Positions 1-12,459 of a stretch of DNA of 64,000 bases are shown here, one piece after another. The notes below the pieces were generated by a model, which was not told the origin of the DNA, made no database searches, and worked only from the letters and a program-made list of their open reading frames with translations. Where the stretch lies: positions 310,001 to 374,000 of the forward strand of contig MCFH01000011.1 of assembly GCA_002104945.1 (NCBI GenBank), read 5' to 3'. The first letter of the stretch is position 1. The number at the start of each line of letters is the position of its first letter. Position numbers and translations under genes: made by a program. Source of the DNA: Piromyces finnis finn (Eukaryota; Fungi; Neocallimastigomycota).

Positions 1-2098
1 TTGAATACGATCAGATTCAAAATCAGAATCTGTATCAGAACTCGATGAACTTGATGAATTGTCATCATTATTATTTCCTAACATTTTATTTTCATCAATT
101 GGCTCTTCCAGTGAAAATTGATTAGAATTTGGTATATCCATATTTCGAGAATTATCAGAGTGTAGTAATGCTTTGTATTCTTGAATTAATTGTTCAATAT
201 TATTCAAGTTTTTATTACAAGTTTGAACAATATTTTGCTGTAATTCATAGAGCTTTACATCTTCTGAATCCTCAGATATTGGTAAGCTTCTAGAGATTTT
301 AAGTGGAGTTGGAATAGGAAGAGCGTATAAAAATAAACCAGTACCAACAGCTGTAGCAATTAACATTGATTCCCCGATTGATATATTAAATTTCAACCCA
401 AATATTGAATTTACACCATATATTTGCATTTTATATAAAAGTTGTCTATGTAAATCATACTGAATAAATGGTAATGCATCACTAACTTGAGCTGCATTTA
501 ATTCACCATCTTTCCTCTTTTTGTGTCTACAAACTTGTGCTTCAATAAGATGACCTGGACCAATTGTCTCTATATCACTTGGTGGTTCAATTGTTAATAA
601 TAACATTTCTGGAACAAACTTCTTTTTACAACAATTACATTTTGTATAATTCATTGTTGCAGCATATGGCCCATTTAATCTATTAAATGATACATGGCAC
701 AAACGGCAACCTGAGAATAATATATGTAATTAAATAATATATATTAATTAAGCAAAAACAATAACAAATAATTTTTAAGTGTTAAAACAAAAATGAATTG
801 ACTTTATGGTTTAAAAAAATTTTTTTAAAAAAAAATAATAAATATTTTAATTACTTTTTTTTTTCCTTTTTTCACGTAATTTTTGATATATTGATTCATT
901 GTATGATACTGATTTTTTAGGTGAATAACGAGATGAATGTTTTGAGGTTTGAGATACAAAAGTATTATAAGACATATTTTCATATGGGGCGTTATTATCA
1001 CCATTTCTTATACTTGATTCATATTTAAAAATATCTTCAGAATCAAAATTTTCTAAAACAGATTGATCTAAAACGGCAGCTGTTCCTGAAGCTGACAAAA
1101 TACATAATTCGTCTTTAATTGCTGTTGTTTCAGTATATCCTATTTTGTTTTCATTATTATTATTTATTTATTTATTTTAAAAATACAAATATATTTACAC
1201 ATATGATAATCAATATATATATATATTAAAATTTATTTATTTATTTATTTTTTTTAATAATCAATAGCATAAAATATATATAATATTACAAACCTATTAC
1301 ATGAGTACAATTTAATGATCTTGCATGAAGTCTTATTTCTTCGCGAAGTTCAGTCCACCATATTTCACGAATTTCTACATGGTCATTATCAATAAGTTTA
1401 ATGCAACGAGAAGCAACAATACCACTTGTTGATATTATTGCACATGATGGGAAATATTTCATTGTAAGAATTTGTTTTTCCAATGTTTTAAAATTACTAC
1501 GTTGAATTAAATTATATGGTGTAGTATTTTCAAATGAATGCTTTAAATCAGAGTATGAAGCTTCATCATCAGATGATGTAGATGAGGATGAAGATGAGGA
1601 TGAAGATGAAGATGAAGAAGAAGTGGAAGTGGAAGTAGAAGAAGAGGAAGAGGAAGAAGATGAGGTTGATGTAGAAGAAGAAGAGGAAGAAGAGTGATGA
1701 TGTTTTTTATGATATTTTGATTTATGCTTTTTTGTAGATACACTATGTTTTGAATGATCATTTATAGTTTCTTTTTTATTTTTCTCTTCATTATTAATTG
1801 AATGTTTGATATTTTCTGATAATGTGCTTCTTAAATTATTACTTTCTATTGATTCTTTTAATAAAGAAACATCATTTGTTGATTTACTTTCTTGTTTCAT
1901 TTCTGGTTTCGATATTTGTAAATTATTGTTTGGAAGGGATTTAATGTTGCTTCCAATTTTATCACTCTCATTATTAATTTTATAATTTTCTTTACCGCTA
2001 TCATTCTTATTATTTTGGCTTTCATACACATTATTATCAATAGCTCCATTAATTTCATAACTAATAGGATCATGTTCTTTAGTATTAATAATATTTTG

Positions 2099-2131
<33 letters not shown>

Positions 2132-2220
2132 GATATTATTATTTAATACTTTATTGGAGTTTTTTCTATCATTTTCATTATTATTTCCAATACTATAATT
2201 ATTAGTAATATTATTATTAC

Positions 2221-2251
<31 letters not shown>

Positions 2252-3552
2252 TGTATCATTTATAGTTTGTGTTTTATTTATTCCATTTACTTTGCAATTT
2301 GATGTATCTGATAATTTCAAGGTATCTGGGTAATCCGATACTGATGATGAAGAAGATAAAGATCCAGATGATGTAGATGATGAGGATGATGAGGATGATG
2401 AACTATTTTTCTTATTATCTGAATTATTGTAATATTGATTTGATAATAATGGCGATTGTACAATTGGAAACCAATTATTATTTAAATTATCGTTTAAATT
2501 TCTATTATTAATACCAATAATTTTACATGCTGTTCCTTGGGCTCTAACAGTAATTGAATTTTCAATACTTTCCATATCATAATATTGTCTGAATGAAATA
2601 ACTGCATTTCCTCCCATTTCTAGTACTTTTTTACCTAATTGACGTTTTACACCATTTGCAATTCTATGTAAAAAACGTTCTCTTGCTTCATTTGATGTTC
2701 TTGGTGTTCTAAAATTATCACTATTATTATTTAAGTTATTTATTATTGTAATATTTTAATTCAAAAATACAATTATAATAATAATAATAAAAAAAAAATT
2801 TTTTTTTTAAAAAATAAGTATCAAAATTATCAAACTTTATATCACTATTTTTATATTTTTATACCTCCAATGATATTCTGGGTCATCTTCTGTGTTTATT
2901 GCATCTACAAAACCCAAAATTGATACAATTTGAAAGAATGGTGGTAATACATTTGTTGAAAAAAGTTGAACACCAGCTGAAGAATCTTTGAAAGGATTAT
3001 TATCTCCGAAAAATTGAATTTTAACTTGAATAGAAACTTCCCCTCTTATCTTTAGTTTCCATTATAAATTGTAAATATTTTTCCATTAATGTATTATTAC
3101 ATTTAGTTTTTATTGGCATTGTCATTTTTTTAAAAAAAATAATTATAATAAAATAACATTTACTCCTCTAATAGTATCATATAAAGGGAACCAACCACAA
3201 ATTTGATCATTTGAATCCCAGGTTAATAAAGGATTTAAATCTATAAATACCGAACCTACTGCGTCGTTCGCAGTAATAGCATCATGATCTAATACTTTAA
3301 TTTCTAAAGGCTCATTTTGTAAAATGGAATCATCATTGACCTTATATTTAATAATTTTAATAATATTAAGAGTAGTAATACTTAAATGTTAATAAAGTTT
3401 ATTTTAAGTCATATAAATTAACCTATTTTATACTAACCTCAAATCTAAATTCTTTTTTAAAAATCATTATATTATAATAAATTATAAATTTAATTTTTTG
3501 AAATTAAATATGCAAGATATTTTGAATTATTATTATTATTATTATTATTATT

Positions 3553-3590
<38 letters not shown>

Positions 3591-3918
3591 CACACTATGA
3601 TACAAAAATTTATAAAAATTTTAGTAAATACCTTCATTCCATACTGGATTTAACGTTCTTCTACAAATCTTTGTTGACTCCTCAAATGAATCAAATTTCA
3701 ATTCCACATAAGCATCAGTTAATTCTATTTAATTAAATTATTCATTATTTAAAAAATTGATATTTTAGTTTTGGATATTTATATCTTTCTCTTTAATATA
3801 ATTATTTAGTTGTATGATAAAAATAAATGTATCGTCATATTTAATGTATACCTGTTTTCCTATCCATAATGGGTAGGTTTCTTGCCCCATTAATTTTTAC
3901 TTTTAAAATGCATGGCAT
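1..3918 (-). CDS. C2CD5: C2 domain-containing protein 5 (C2CD5/CDP138)-like, multi-exon, 3' end runs off the left edge
   Basis: Spliced N-terminus reads MPCILKVKINGARNLPIMDRKT-ELTDAYVELKF...RRTLNPVWNE-EFRFE-VNDDSILQNEPLEIKVLDHD...CGWFPLYDTIRG (C2 domain, ATG at 3918). It is followed by YbjQ-like segments (GGNAVISFRQYYDME...AQGTACK; RLHARSLNCTHVI), Asn/Ser-rich linkers and the conserved ALPFIQYDLHRQLLYKMQIYGVNSIFGLK block. Exons are bounded by GT..AG in consistent phase. Confidence 0.82.
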
Positions 3919-4971
3919 TACTAATTAAAATATTGTAATATATATATAACCAAATAATATATTTTTAAGCTTTTAAATGATATTTATTTACTTAAATATA
4001 TTTTTATTTTATCTTTTAAATTATTTAGCTTATTTTTTTTTTATTATAATAAATAGATATATTATAATAAAATGTAATAATTTCCTATAAGGAATCTTTT
4101 TTTTTTTTTTTTAATAATTTACTAATGTTAATTTCAATACAAAAAAAATTATTTTTAAATATTTATTCTACAATGAAAAATAAAATTGTAAAATTGTTTT
4201 GATTTAATTAAAATTATTAGCTTGATAACAACTTTTTTTTTATTTTGTATATATAACTTTAATATATATAAAATTTTATCAATTTATATTAAATATTTTT
4301 TTTTGAATGAAAAAATATAAAAAAGTCTTCTTTTATATAACTATAATAATAAATTAATATAAAAAATGTTATCCTTTTTTTTTTACTTTTTTAAAAAAAA
4401 AGTATTTTCTTATATATAATATAAAATATGAATTACAACATATTTAATATTTAATAGGCATGATTATTTGATTCTATAAAAATATATAAAGGATAATTAC
4501 TTTAAAAGAAGAAATAATATATTATAATTTATATTGTTTGAGGTAGCACAAAAAAAAAACTTGGTATAATTAGGTTAAATACCAATTTTAATTTTTTTTT
4601 TTTTTTTTCTTTATACCAAATATTAATTATTAAACACATAAATAATATTGATAATATATTTATTCACACTCAAAAATAAAAGAACACATTTCTCATTTAC
4701 ACTAAACAAGTTAATATTAATAGATTTTAATAATCTTTAAAACTTATACAACAAATTATTATTAAATTTATTAATTAATTTTTTTTACCTGCATTTGTAA
4801 GTTTGCATATTTTAATTTTTATTTATTTCTTTTTTGCATTTTTTTATTATTTCTATTTGTAACTTTTATTATTATATTTATTTATTTTTTTTTATTTGTT
4901 TGTTTATTTACTTATTTATTTTACTTTATTTTCACTTTTTTTTATTTTTTAATTCTATATATATATATATA

Positions 4972-6436
4972 TTAGTTGTCTTTTTTATTATTATCTGGTA
5001 TAATTTCTGGTTCTATACCCTTTTCAAGTCCAACCATCTTTAAACTCATTTCATATAATTTTTTATGAAGAGCTGGCTTATAAGAAAGATAGTTAAATGA
5101 TATAGCTTTTTTACAACCACTGTAATAATGACCTATCATTTTTTTTAATTAAAATAATAATTGTTAAATATATATAAATTTAATAAAATGATATTAAATA
5201 AAAATAATATGAATTATAATTTAAACGATATATAATAATTTAAATATTTATATATACCAGTTTCAGTTTCACATTCTTTACTGGTAGCAACATAAATTTG
5301 AGTTTGAGCTCCTTCTTCTGGAGTTATCATGAAAAATTTTCTGAATAAATTATAAAAACCTTCACCAAATGGGAAAAATTTCATATAATGAATCCAAAGT
5401 CCTGTATCTACAATACCTGGATGAACAGCATTAATAGTAATATTTGTACCAACTAAACGTTTGCTCATTTCATAAGCAAAGAAAAGGCAAGCTAATTTAC
5501 TTTGACAATAACCTCTCCATGGAGTATATCCTTTTTCTAAATTTATATCATTTTTAAAAATGGATGCTTGAGGCATCATATGTGCAGTTGAAGATAAGCA
5601 AACAATTCTAGCTGGTGCAGATTCCTTAAGTACTGGTAATAAAAGATGTGTTAAAAGGAAATGGCCTAAGTAGTTTGATTGGAACTTTTTTTTATTATTA
5701 TTGTTCATTTTAATAATAATAGAAGTAATAAAAAGAAAATAATAAATCATATGTATAATGAATTAATAATATTAATAATTTAATTTTATTAATATTCATA
5801 AAATATTATATATATCTGTGTTTTTATTTATTTTATAACAGATATGACAAATAAAATTTTTTAATATTATATATATTACTTGAACTTCATTGCCATCTTC
5901 AGTAACTTGTCTTTCCTTAATTGCCATAACACCAGCATTATTTATTAAAATATGAATAGGTTTTTTACTATCAATATATGACTTTGCAAAAGCACGAATT
6001 GTATCGAACTTACATAAATCCATATATTGAACAGAAATATTTTGATTATTTGTTTCATCCTTTAATTTTGTTACGCATTCATTGGCTTTATCTAAACTTC
6101 TTGCTAATATTATAACTTCTGCATTTGCCTTGGCTAAAGCTTTAGCGTTATAATAGGCCTTTTATAGATTAGCAAATGGAAAAAGATGAAATGTAATTTA
6201 TATATATATAAAAAAAGAAATTTAAATTTTAAATTAGTTTTTAAAAATGTATTCTATTATTTGTCTTTCCTTTTTCTTCAATATTGACTTTATTACTACT
6301 TATTATTAAACTTTTTTTTTTAAAAAAAAAAAATTCTATTATATTATTTATATTTTTATTAAATACATACTAAACCTCTATATCCAGTGATAACAGCAAC
6401 TTTACCTGTTAAATCTGGAACTTCAACTTTACGCAT
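4972..6436 (-). CDS. Short-chain dehydrogenase/reductase (retinol dehydrogenase/WWOX-like subgroup), 4 exons
   Basis: MRKVEVPDLTGKVAVITG..., MDLCKFDTIRAFA, ILINNAGVM, FQSNYLGHFLLT, RIVCLSS, catalytic YCQSK (YxxxK), VHPGIVDT, GAQTQIYVA. Introns GTATGT/GTAATA/GTATAT..AG. Stop after ...NKKDN. Confidence 0.88.
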
Positions 6437-7853
6437 TTTCAACTGTTATTTAAACAATAAAGTGTCTAATTTTATTTATTAAATAATGAAAACAATTAAC
6501 TTTTTTTCTTTTATATATATATATAACTTTCTTTTGTTTTGAATATTTAATATTTATAAAAAAAAAAAAAAAGAATTGCTTGATTTTTTAATTTATATTT
6601 AATTATTCCATCAACAAATTAAATTGCACTTTAATTAAAACTTTATTTGTATTCTCATTTTCATAGGTTTTATTTATTTTTTTATTAAAATGTATTGATA
6701 ATAAATAAAACTTTATTATTAATCATGTGCGGAAATTTAAATTTGATTCAACATAATTTTTCCTTTAAAAATATTAAAGGAAAAAAAAAAATAATGTATG
6801 ATGGATAATGATCAAAAATCTAAATAGTAATTATCAGTTTATTATTGTTAAATTGTAAAAAAAAAATAATAATATATAATATGTATATCATATACTAAAT
6901 AATACAATATATATTATATTTTATATAACAATTTATAAAAGTACTGATATTAATACTAATATTAATAATAATAAAATTTTTTATTTTTTTTAAATATAAA
7001 ATTGAATAATTTTATTCATGAATATCATGGATCAAATGTATAAAGAAATATGATAACTACTAAATTAATATTTAATACTTAGGTGTATTGCATTCATTTT
7101 GATACACACATCCTAATATAGAAAATTTTTTTTCTCTCTATAGTATAGTTTTTTCATCATCAAAATAAATATATATATTTTTTATCATCTATTATAATTA
7201 CCTATTTTATATTTCATTCATATTTATTAAAGTTCATTAATATTTATGACTTTTTTTCTATATAATAAATTAAATATCTTATATTGATATGTAATTATAC
7301 CAAAAAATATTAATAAACAAAGTTTAATCAAATTGTTATTTTCATAATAAAACACATTAACTATTATTATTATTATTATTATTTTTTTTTTTTTTTAATT
7401 TTTTTTATCAAATTTAATTTTTTAATGAAATTAATTATATATATATTTTATTTTTAGACTTTGTAATTAAGAAAATGTCAAAAAATTAATTGTTGTGTTG
7501 AATAGTTGAATATGTGAATATATAAACTTTATTTTATAATGTATTAATAAAAATTTGTGTAAATTTTTGGAATGAAATCTTTAATTTCTAATTAAAAATT
7601 TTAATTATTATTATTATTTTTTTCAATAAAAGTATTATCTATATTTTCTTTTCATTTAAATTTAATGGTTTTATACGCTTCCCAAATAAAAAGAAATAAT
7701 TAATGTATTTATCTTTGATTATTCATAAATTGGAATACATATCGCTTTGGTTTAAAAAAATATAATAAATAAATAGATTTAATTGTACTTTTTTATTTTT
7801 TTTTTATTTAATTTTTTTTATTCTGTTTTATTTAAAATAATATAATAAAAAAA

Positions 7854-9176
7854 ATGAAAAACTATAAATTTTGGTGTGGATTAATAGGCTTGATTGATGT
7901 CCTATTTGTAAATTCAAAAGGTATATTATACCTTATTTATATAACAAAACATTAAATTTATAAAATTATATATATTCACTATTTTTTATTTATTTAATAC
8001 ACCCCCATATGAAATTTTCTCAATTTTTAATGATAATATATTAAATAAAATTATGTAGTTAATAATATTCCAATCTCTACCTCTAAATGTGGACCAGGTA
8101 TTGCAGTTTGTGATAAAGGATTATGTTGTAGTAAGAAGGGATACTGTGGTTCTTCTGATGCCTATTGTGCTATAGGATGTCAAAGTGATTTTGGAAAATG
8201 TCTTCCAACTTCAACTTATAAATGTGGTTCTGGTGTAGGTGTTTGTGAAAAGGGATGTTGTAGTAAAAAGGGATACTGTGGTACTACTGATGCCTACTGT
8301 GGAAGTGGATGTCAAAGTGAATTTGGTCAATGTGGAACTACAACAAAATCAACAACCAAATCTAAAATTACTACAACTGTTAAAACTACCACTACCACTA
8401 CTTCTAAACCAACGACTACCACCACAACTACCACTACCACTAGTCTTCCAACTTCCAGTAATAAATGTGGACCAGGTGTTGCAGTTTGTGATAAAGGATT
8501 ATGTTGTAGTAAGAAGGGATACTGTGGTTCTTCTGATGCCTATTGTGCTATAGGATGTCAAAGTGATTTTGGAAAATGTCTTCCAACTTCAACTTATAAA
8601 TGTGGTTCTGGTGTAGGTGTTTGTGAAAAGGGATGTTGTAGTAAAAAGGGATACTGTGGTACTACTGATGCCTACTGTGGAACTGGATGTCAAAGCGAAT
8701 TTGGTCAATGTAGAACTACAACAAAATCAACAACCAAATCTAAAATTACTACATCTGTTAAAACTACCACTACCACTACCTCTAAACCAACGACTACCAC
8801 CACAACAACTTCCAAAACATCAATAACTATTGATCAAACACTTCCAACTTCCAGTAGTAAATGTGGACCAGGTGTTGCAGTTTGTGCTCCAGGATCTTGT
8901 TGTAGTGAATACGGTTATTGTGGTACTTCCAATGCCTATTGTGGCTCTGGTTGTCAACCAAAATATGGTATGTGTAGTAGTGTCGATATTGATGAAGTTG
9001 CTGATGATGATACTACTGTATCAACCGACCAAGATCTTCCAATTTCATACAATAAGTGTGGACCAGGTGTTGCTAAATGTGGTAAAGGATATTGTTGCAG
9101 TAGATATGGTTACTGCGGTAGTTCATCCATTTATTGTGGTAGTGGATGTCAACCTAATTATGGTAAATGTGATTAA
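7854..9176 (+). CDS. Secreted chitin-binding protein with six hevein (CBM18/Chitin_bind_1) domains and Thr-rich linkers, no catalytic domain
   Basis: Exon 1 (7854-7920) encodes a signal-peptide-like MKNYKFWCGLIGLIDVLFVNSK and ends at a GTATAT donor. Exon 2 (8059-9176) is one open frame with six CG-x4-5-C-x3-4-CCS-x2-GYCG-x4-YC-x3-CQ-x2-(F/Y)G-x-C units. The ORF track shows only the last part because the frame has no internal start codon until 8970. Confidence 0.9.
8088..8810 (+). repeat. Internal tandem duplication (378-bp period) of a two-hevein plus Thr-linker module
   Basis: Domains 1-2 (first Cys codon at 8088) and domains 3-4 (first Cys codon at 8466) are nearly identical at DNA level, including the ACTACAACAAAATCAACAACCAAATCTAAAATTACTACA linker. 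Confidence 0.9.
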
Positions 9177-10632
9177 GAGCAATAAATGGATACTACTTGG
9201 AAATAATATAATTATATAATGTATATATAAATATTTCATGGATCTTAATTACACTAGACAAAAAAAAAAATTACACCCATTTATTAATATTTTTTTTTAA
9301 ATTTTAATTTAAATAAAAATTCTATAAAGTCTTAATTGATTTTTGATTATAAATATAATATTTATAATATCTTTATATTTTATTTATAAATAAAAAAAAG
9401 ATTTTTTTTTAAAAAAAAAAAAAAAGAATAATTCTCCTTTATATTGCTTTTCTATTTTAAATTTTTCATAAAACTAATATTTATTTATTGTTCGGTGTTA
9501 ATACACATCACATTAAATAACAAAAAAAAATATTTATTACATTAAAAAATAATAATAATTACTAGAAAATAATTTCTTTTCTTTTTTTCATAGTATAATT
9601 CATTAATATTATTTTAATAATATATATAATAGAAAAAAATTTTAAAAAAATAATCTTTTTTTTTTTTTTTTTAATTTTTAAATTATTCATCCAAATTTTA
9701 AATCTTTTTGAAAATATTATTTTTAATATAAAAAAAAGAATAAATTTTCCAATTAAGTTATGATAAAGTTGCCAATAAAATTTAAGTTTTTTAATTAAAA
9801 AAAAAAAAAAAACAATTTCATCTAATTTTTATCAATTATAATTTTCAGATATAACAAAAAATGTTAAAAAATGATAAAGAAAAAATGATAAAAAAAAAAA
9901 ATATTTATGATAACAATTAATTTTTTTTTATTTTTATCTCTATTTCTAACTATACTACCAAATCCTTTTTTTTTTTTTGACTTATTATGTGAAGTAAATT
10001 TTTCTTTTTCTTTTTTTCAGTATAAATAATAACAAGGAATAATAAAATGTTACTTCAAATAATAAATTTAAAAGAAAATTATGGATTCCATAAATATATT
10101 TTTTTACTATGGAACCATAAAATAATAATAATGAAAAATTCAAAAGTTTTATATTTTTTTAAAAACACTTTCTTTTAAATAAAATAGTTTATTATGAAAT
10201 AAATTATGGTTTATTTTTATTAATTTTTTGCTTAATTATAATTATAATAATTAATTGTATGTGTATTTTTTTTTAAAAAAAAAAGTAATAAAAACAATTT
10301 ATCTATTATTAAAATTGTCTTTTACTTTGATTTTTTATAAATTACATAGATGATTATTGTTTCTTTTTCTTTTTAAATATCTATTAATTATACATAAATA
10401 AAACAAATAAATTCAGGTAACGCCCTTTAATAACATTTTAAAGAAATTATATATTGATAAAATTATTTATATAAATGTGTTGTTGCTTTTTATTTTTTCT
10501 TATTACTGATTGTTAGAAATTTAAATAATTTTGTTATAGAAATATTTCTTATTTTCTTTTTGTATCATCTTCCTTTTTTTTTTATGAAAATGAAAATCTA
10601 TACTTTATAAATTTTTATTATTGAATGTTTAT

Positions 10633-12459
10633 TTAATGGTTCATCTTTCTCTTCTTGTTGGAAACTTCATTAGCAAGCTTTAAAGCTTGGTCAAGATCAT
10701 TAATAATATCTTCAGTTTCTTCAATACCAACAGAGAGACGAATAAGGGTATCAGTAATACCGAGCTTGGCTCTTTGTTCTGGTGGAACAGCAGCGTGAGT
10801 CATAACACATGGTAATTCACATAAACATTCAACTCCACCTAAACTTTCGGCTAAAGTGAAGATCTTTAAACTGGAAAGGAATTTGTTAGAGGTATCAAGG
10901 TTACCCTTAATTCTAATACTCATCATAGCACCAAAACCTTTCATTTGCTTCTTAGCAAGTTCATGTTGTGGGTGACTTTCTAAACCTGGATAGTAAACTT
11001 CTTCAACAAGTGGGTGAGCTTCTAAGAACTTAGCAACAGCTAAGGCATTCTTTTCATGTTGTCTCATACGAACAGCTAAAGTCTTAACACCACGGTTAGC
11101 TAAGTAACAGTCAAATGGACTTGGAATAGCACCAACAGAGTTTTGAATGAAGTGTAAACGTTCATTGATTTTTTCATTATTAGTAACAGCAATACCCATA
11201 ATGACATCAGAGTGACCATTAATATATTTACTAATAGAGTTGACACAAATATCAGCACCAAAAGTAATTGGGTTTTGGAAGTATGGACTCATGAAAGTGT
11301 TATCAACAACAACAATAATTTCATTGTTAATGCTCTTTACAGTTTTAACAATAGCTTCAATGTCAACCATTTTCATAGTTGGGTTGGTTGGAGTTTCAAT
11401 CCAAATAAGTTTGGTGTTACTCTTAATAGTACTCTTAAGAAGTTCTGAATCACTAATATCAATGAAAGAAGTTTCAATACCTTGAGTGTTGGCAACTCTG
11501 CTAAGGAAACGGTTAGTACCACCGTAAACATCATCAATACTAATAACATGATCACCACTCTTAAGTAAGTTAATAATAGCAGCAGTAGTTGCTGAACCAG
11601 AAGAGAAGGCAATACCTATATATATTTTTTTATTTAAATTGGATATTAATTATACATATAATCCATTATTTTTAAAAAACTTTGTAAATTCATTTTCTTA
11701 ACTAATCTATTTTGTAACATTGAATATAAAAAATTACCATATTTAGCACATTCTAATGAAGCGACAGCCTTTTCAAAACCATTTCTAGTTGGGTTACCAG
11801 TTCTAGAGTATTCAAAACCCTATTAATAAAATTTAATTCATTAATATTTTAAAATTTACATACATAACCATTTTTTATTATTTTTTAATATTTACAGTAT
11901 GAACACCAGCAGCACTTTGCTTGAAAGTAGTAGCTAAAGAAAGAGCTGGAATAACAGCACCGGTAACTGGGTCTGGTTCTTGACCAACGTGAATAGCACG
12001 AGTAGCGAAACCAAAGTTTTCTTCAGACATATTTGTTATTCTATTAAATTAATTTTTCAAAAAATTGAAAATGATTTAAATGTTATTTTCCTTTTTAACT
12101 TATTTAAAGCTAAACTTCAAAACTAAATAAAATTTTGTATATTAAAAAAATATAACTTTTTTATGCTGATTCTACAACTATTATTTCTATTATTTTATAT
12201 CATTTAAAATGTTGATCTTATATCCTTTTTTTAAAAAACTTTTTTATAATTGATTATTAATTTGTCGATCTTACATTGATTCTTTATTTTGTTCTATTTG
12301 TTCCTTAGTATTTGTTGTTGTGCTTAACATATTTTTATTATTTATAATATTTAAATTAAATTGTATATTATTTTTTCTTAAATTAATGTTTACTTTTGGT
12401 AATATACTTTTAAAATTTAAGTAATTAAATTTATTTGTAATTCCAGCAACACTAAGCAT
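10633..12459 (-). CDS. CYS3: Cystathionine gamma-lyase (Cys/Met metabolism PLP enzyme). Catalytic part starts at ATG 12030, with a probable leader exon at 12459-12275
   Basis: MSEENFGFATRAIHVGQEPDPVTGAVIPALSLATTFKQ, FEYSRTGNPTR, AFSSGSAT, DDVYGGT, WIETPTNP, VDNTFMSP, PLP-lysine NSISKYINGHSDV, LAESLGGVE, LIRLSVGIE. Confidence refers to the catalytic gene. The leader exon is less certain (see findings). Confidence 0.95.

Noticed and set aside
8239-9219. Overlapping plus-strand ORFs 8239-8553, 8617-8826 and 8830-9219 suggesting an overprinted gene
   Set aside because: They are alternative frames of the Cys/Gly/Thr-rich hevein exon. The repeated codons lack stops in that frame and the peptides have no recognisable features.
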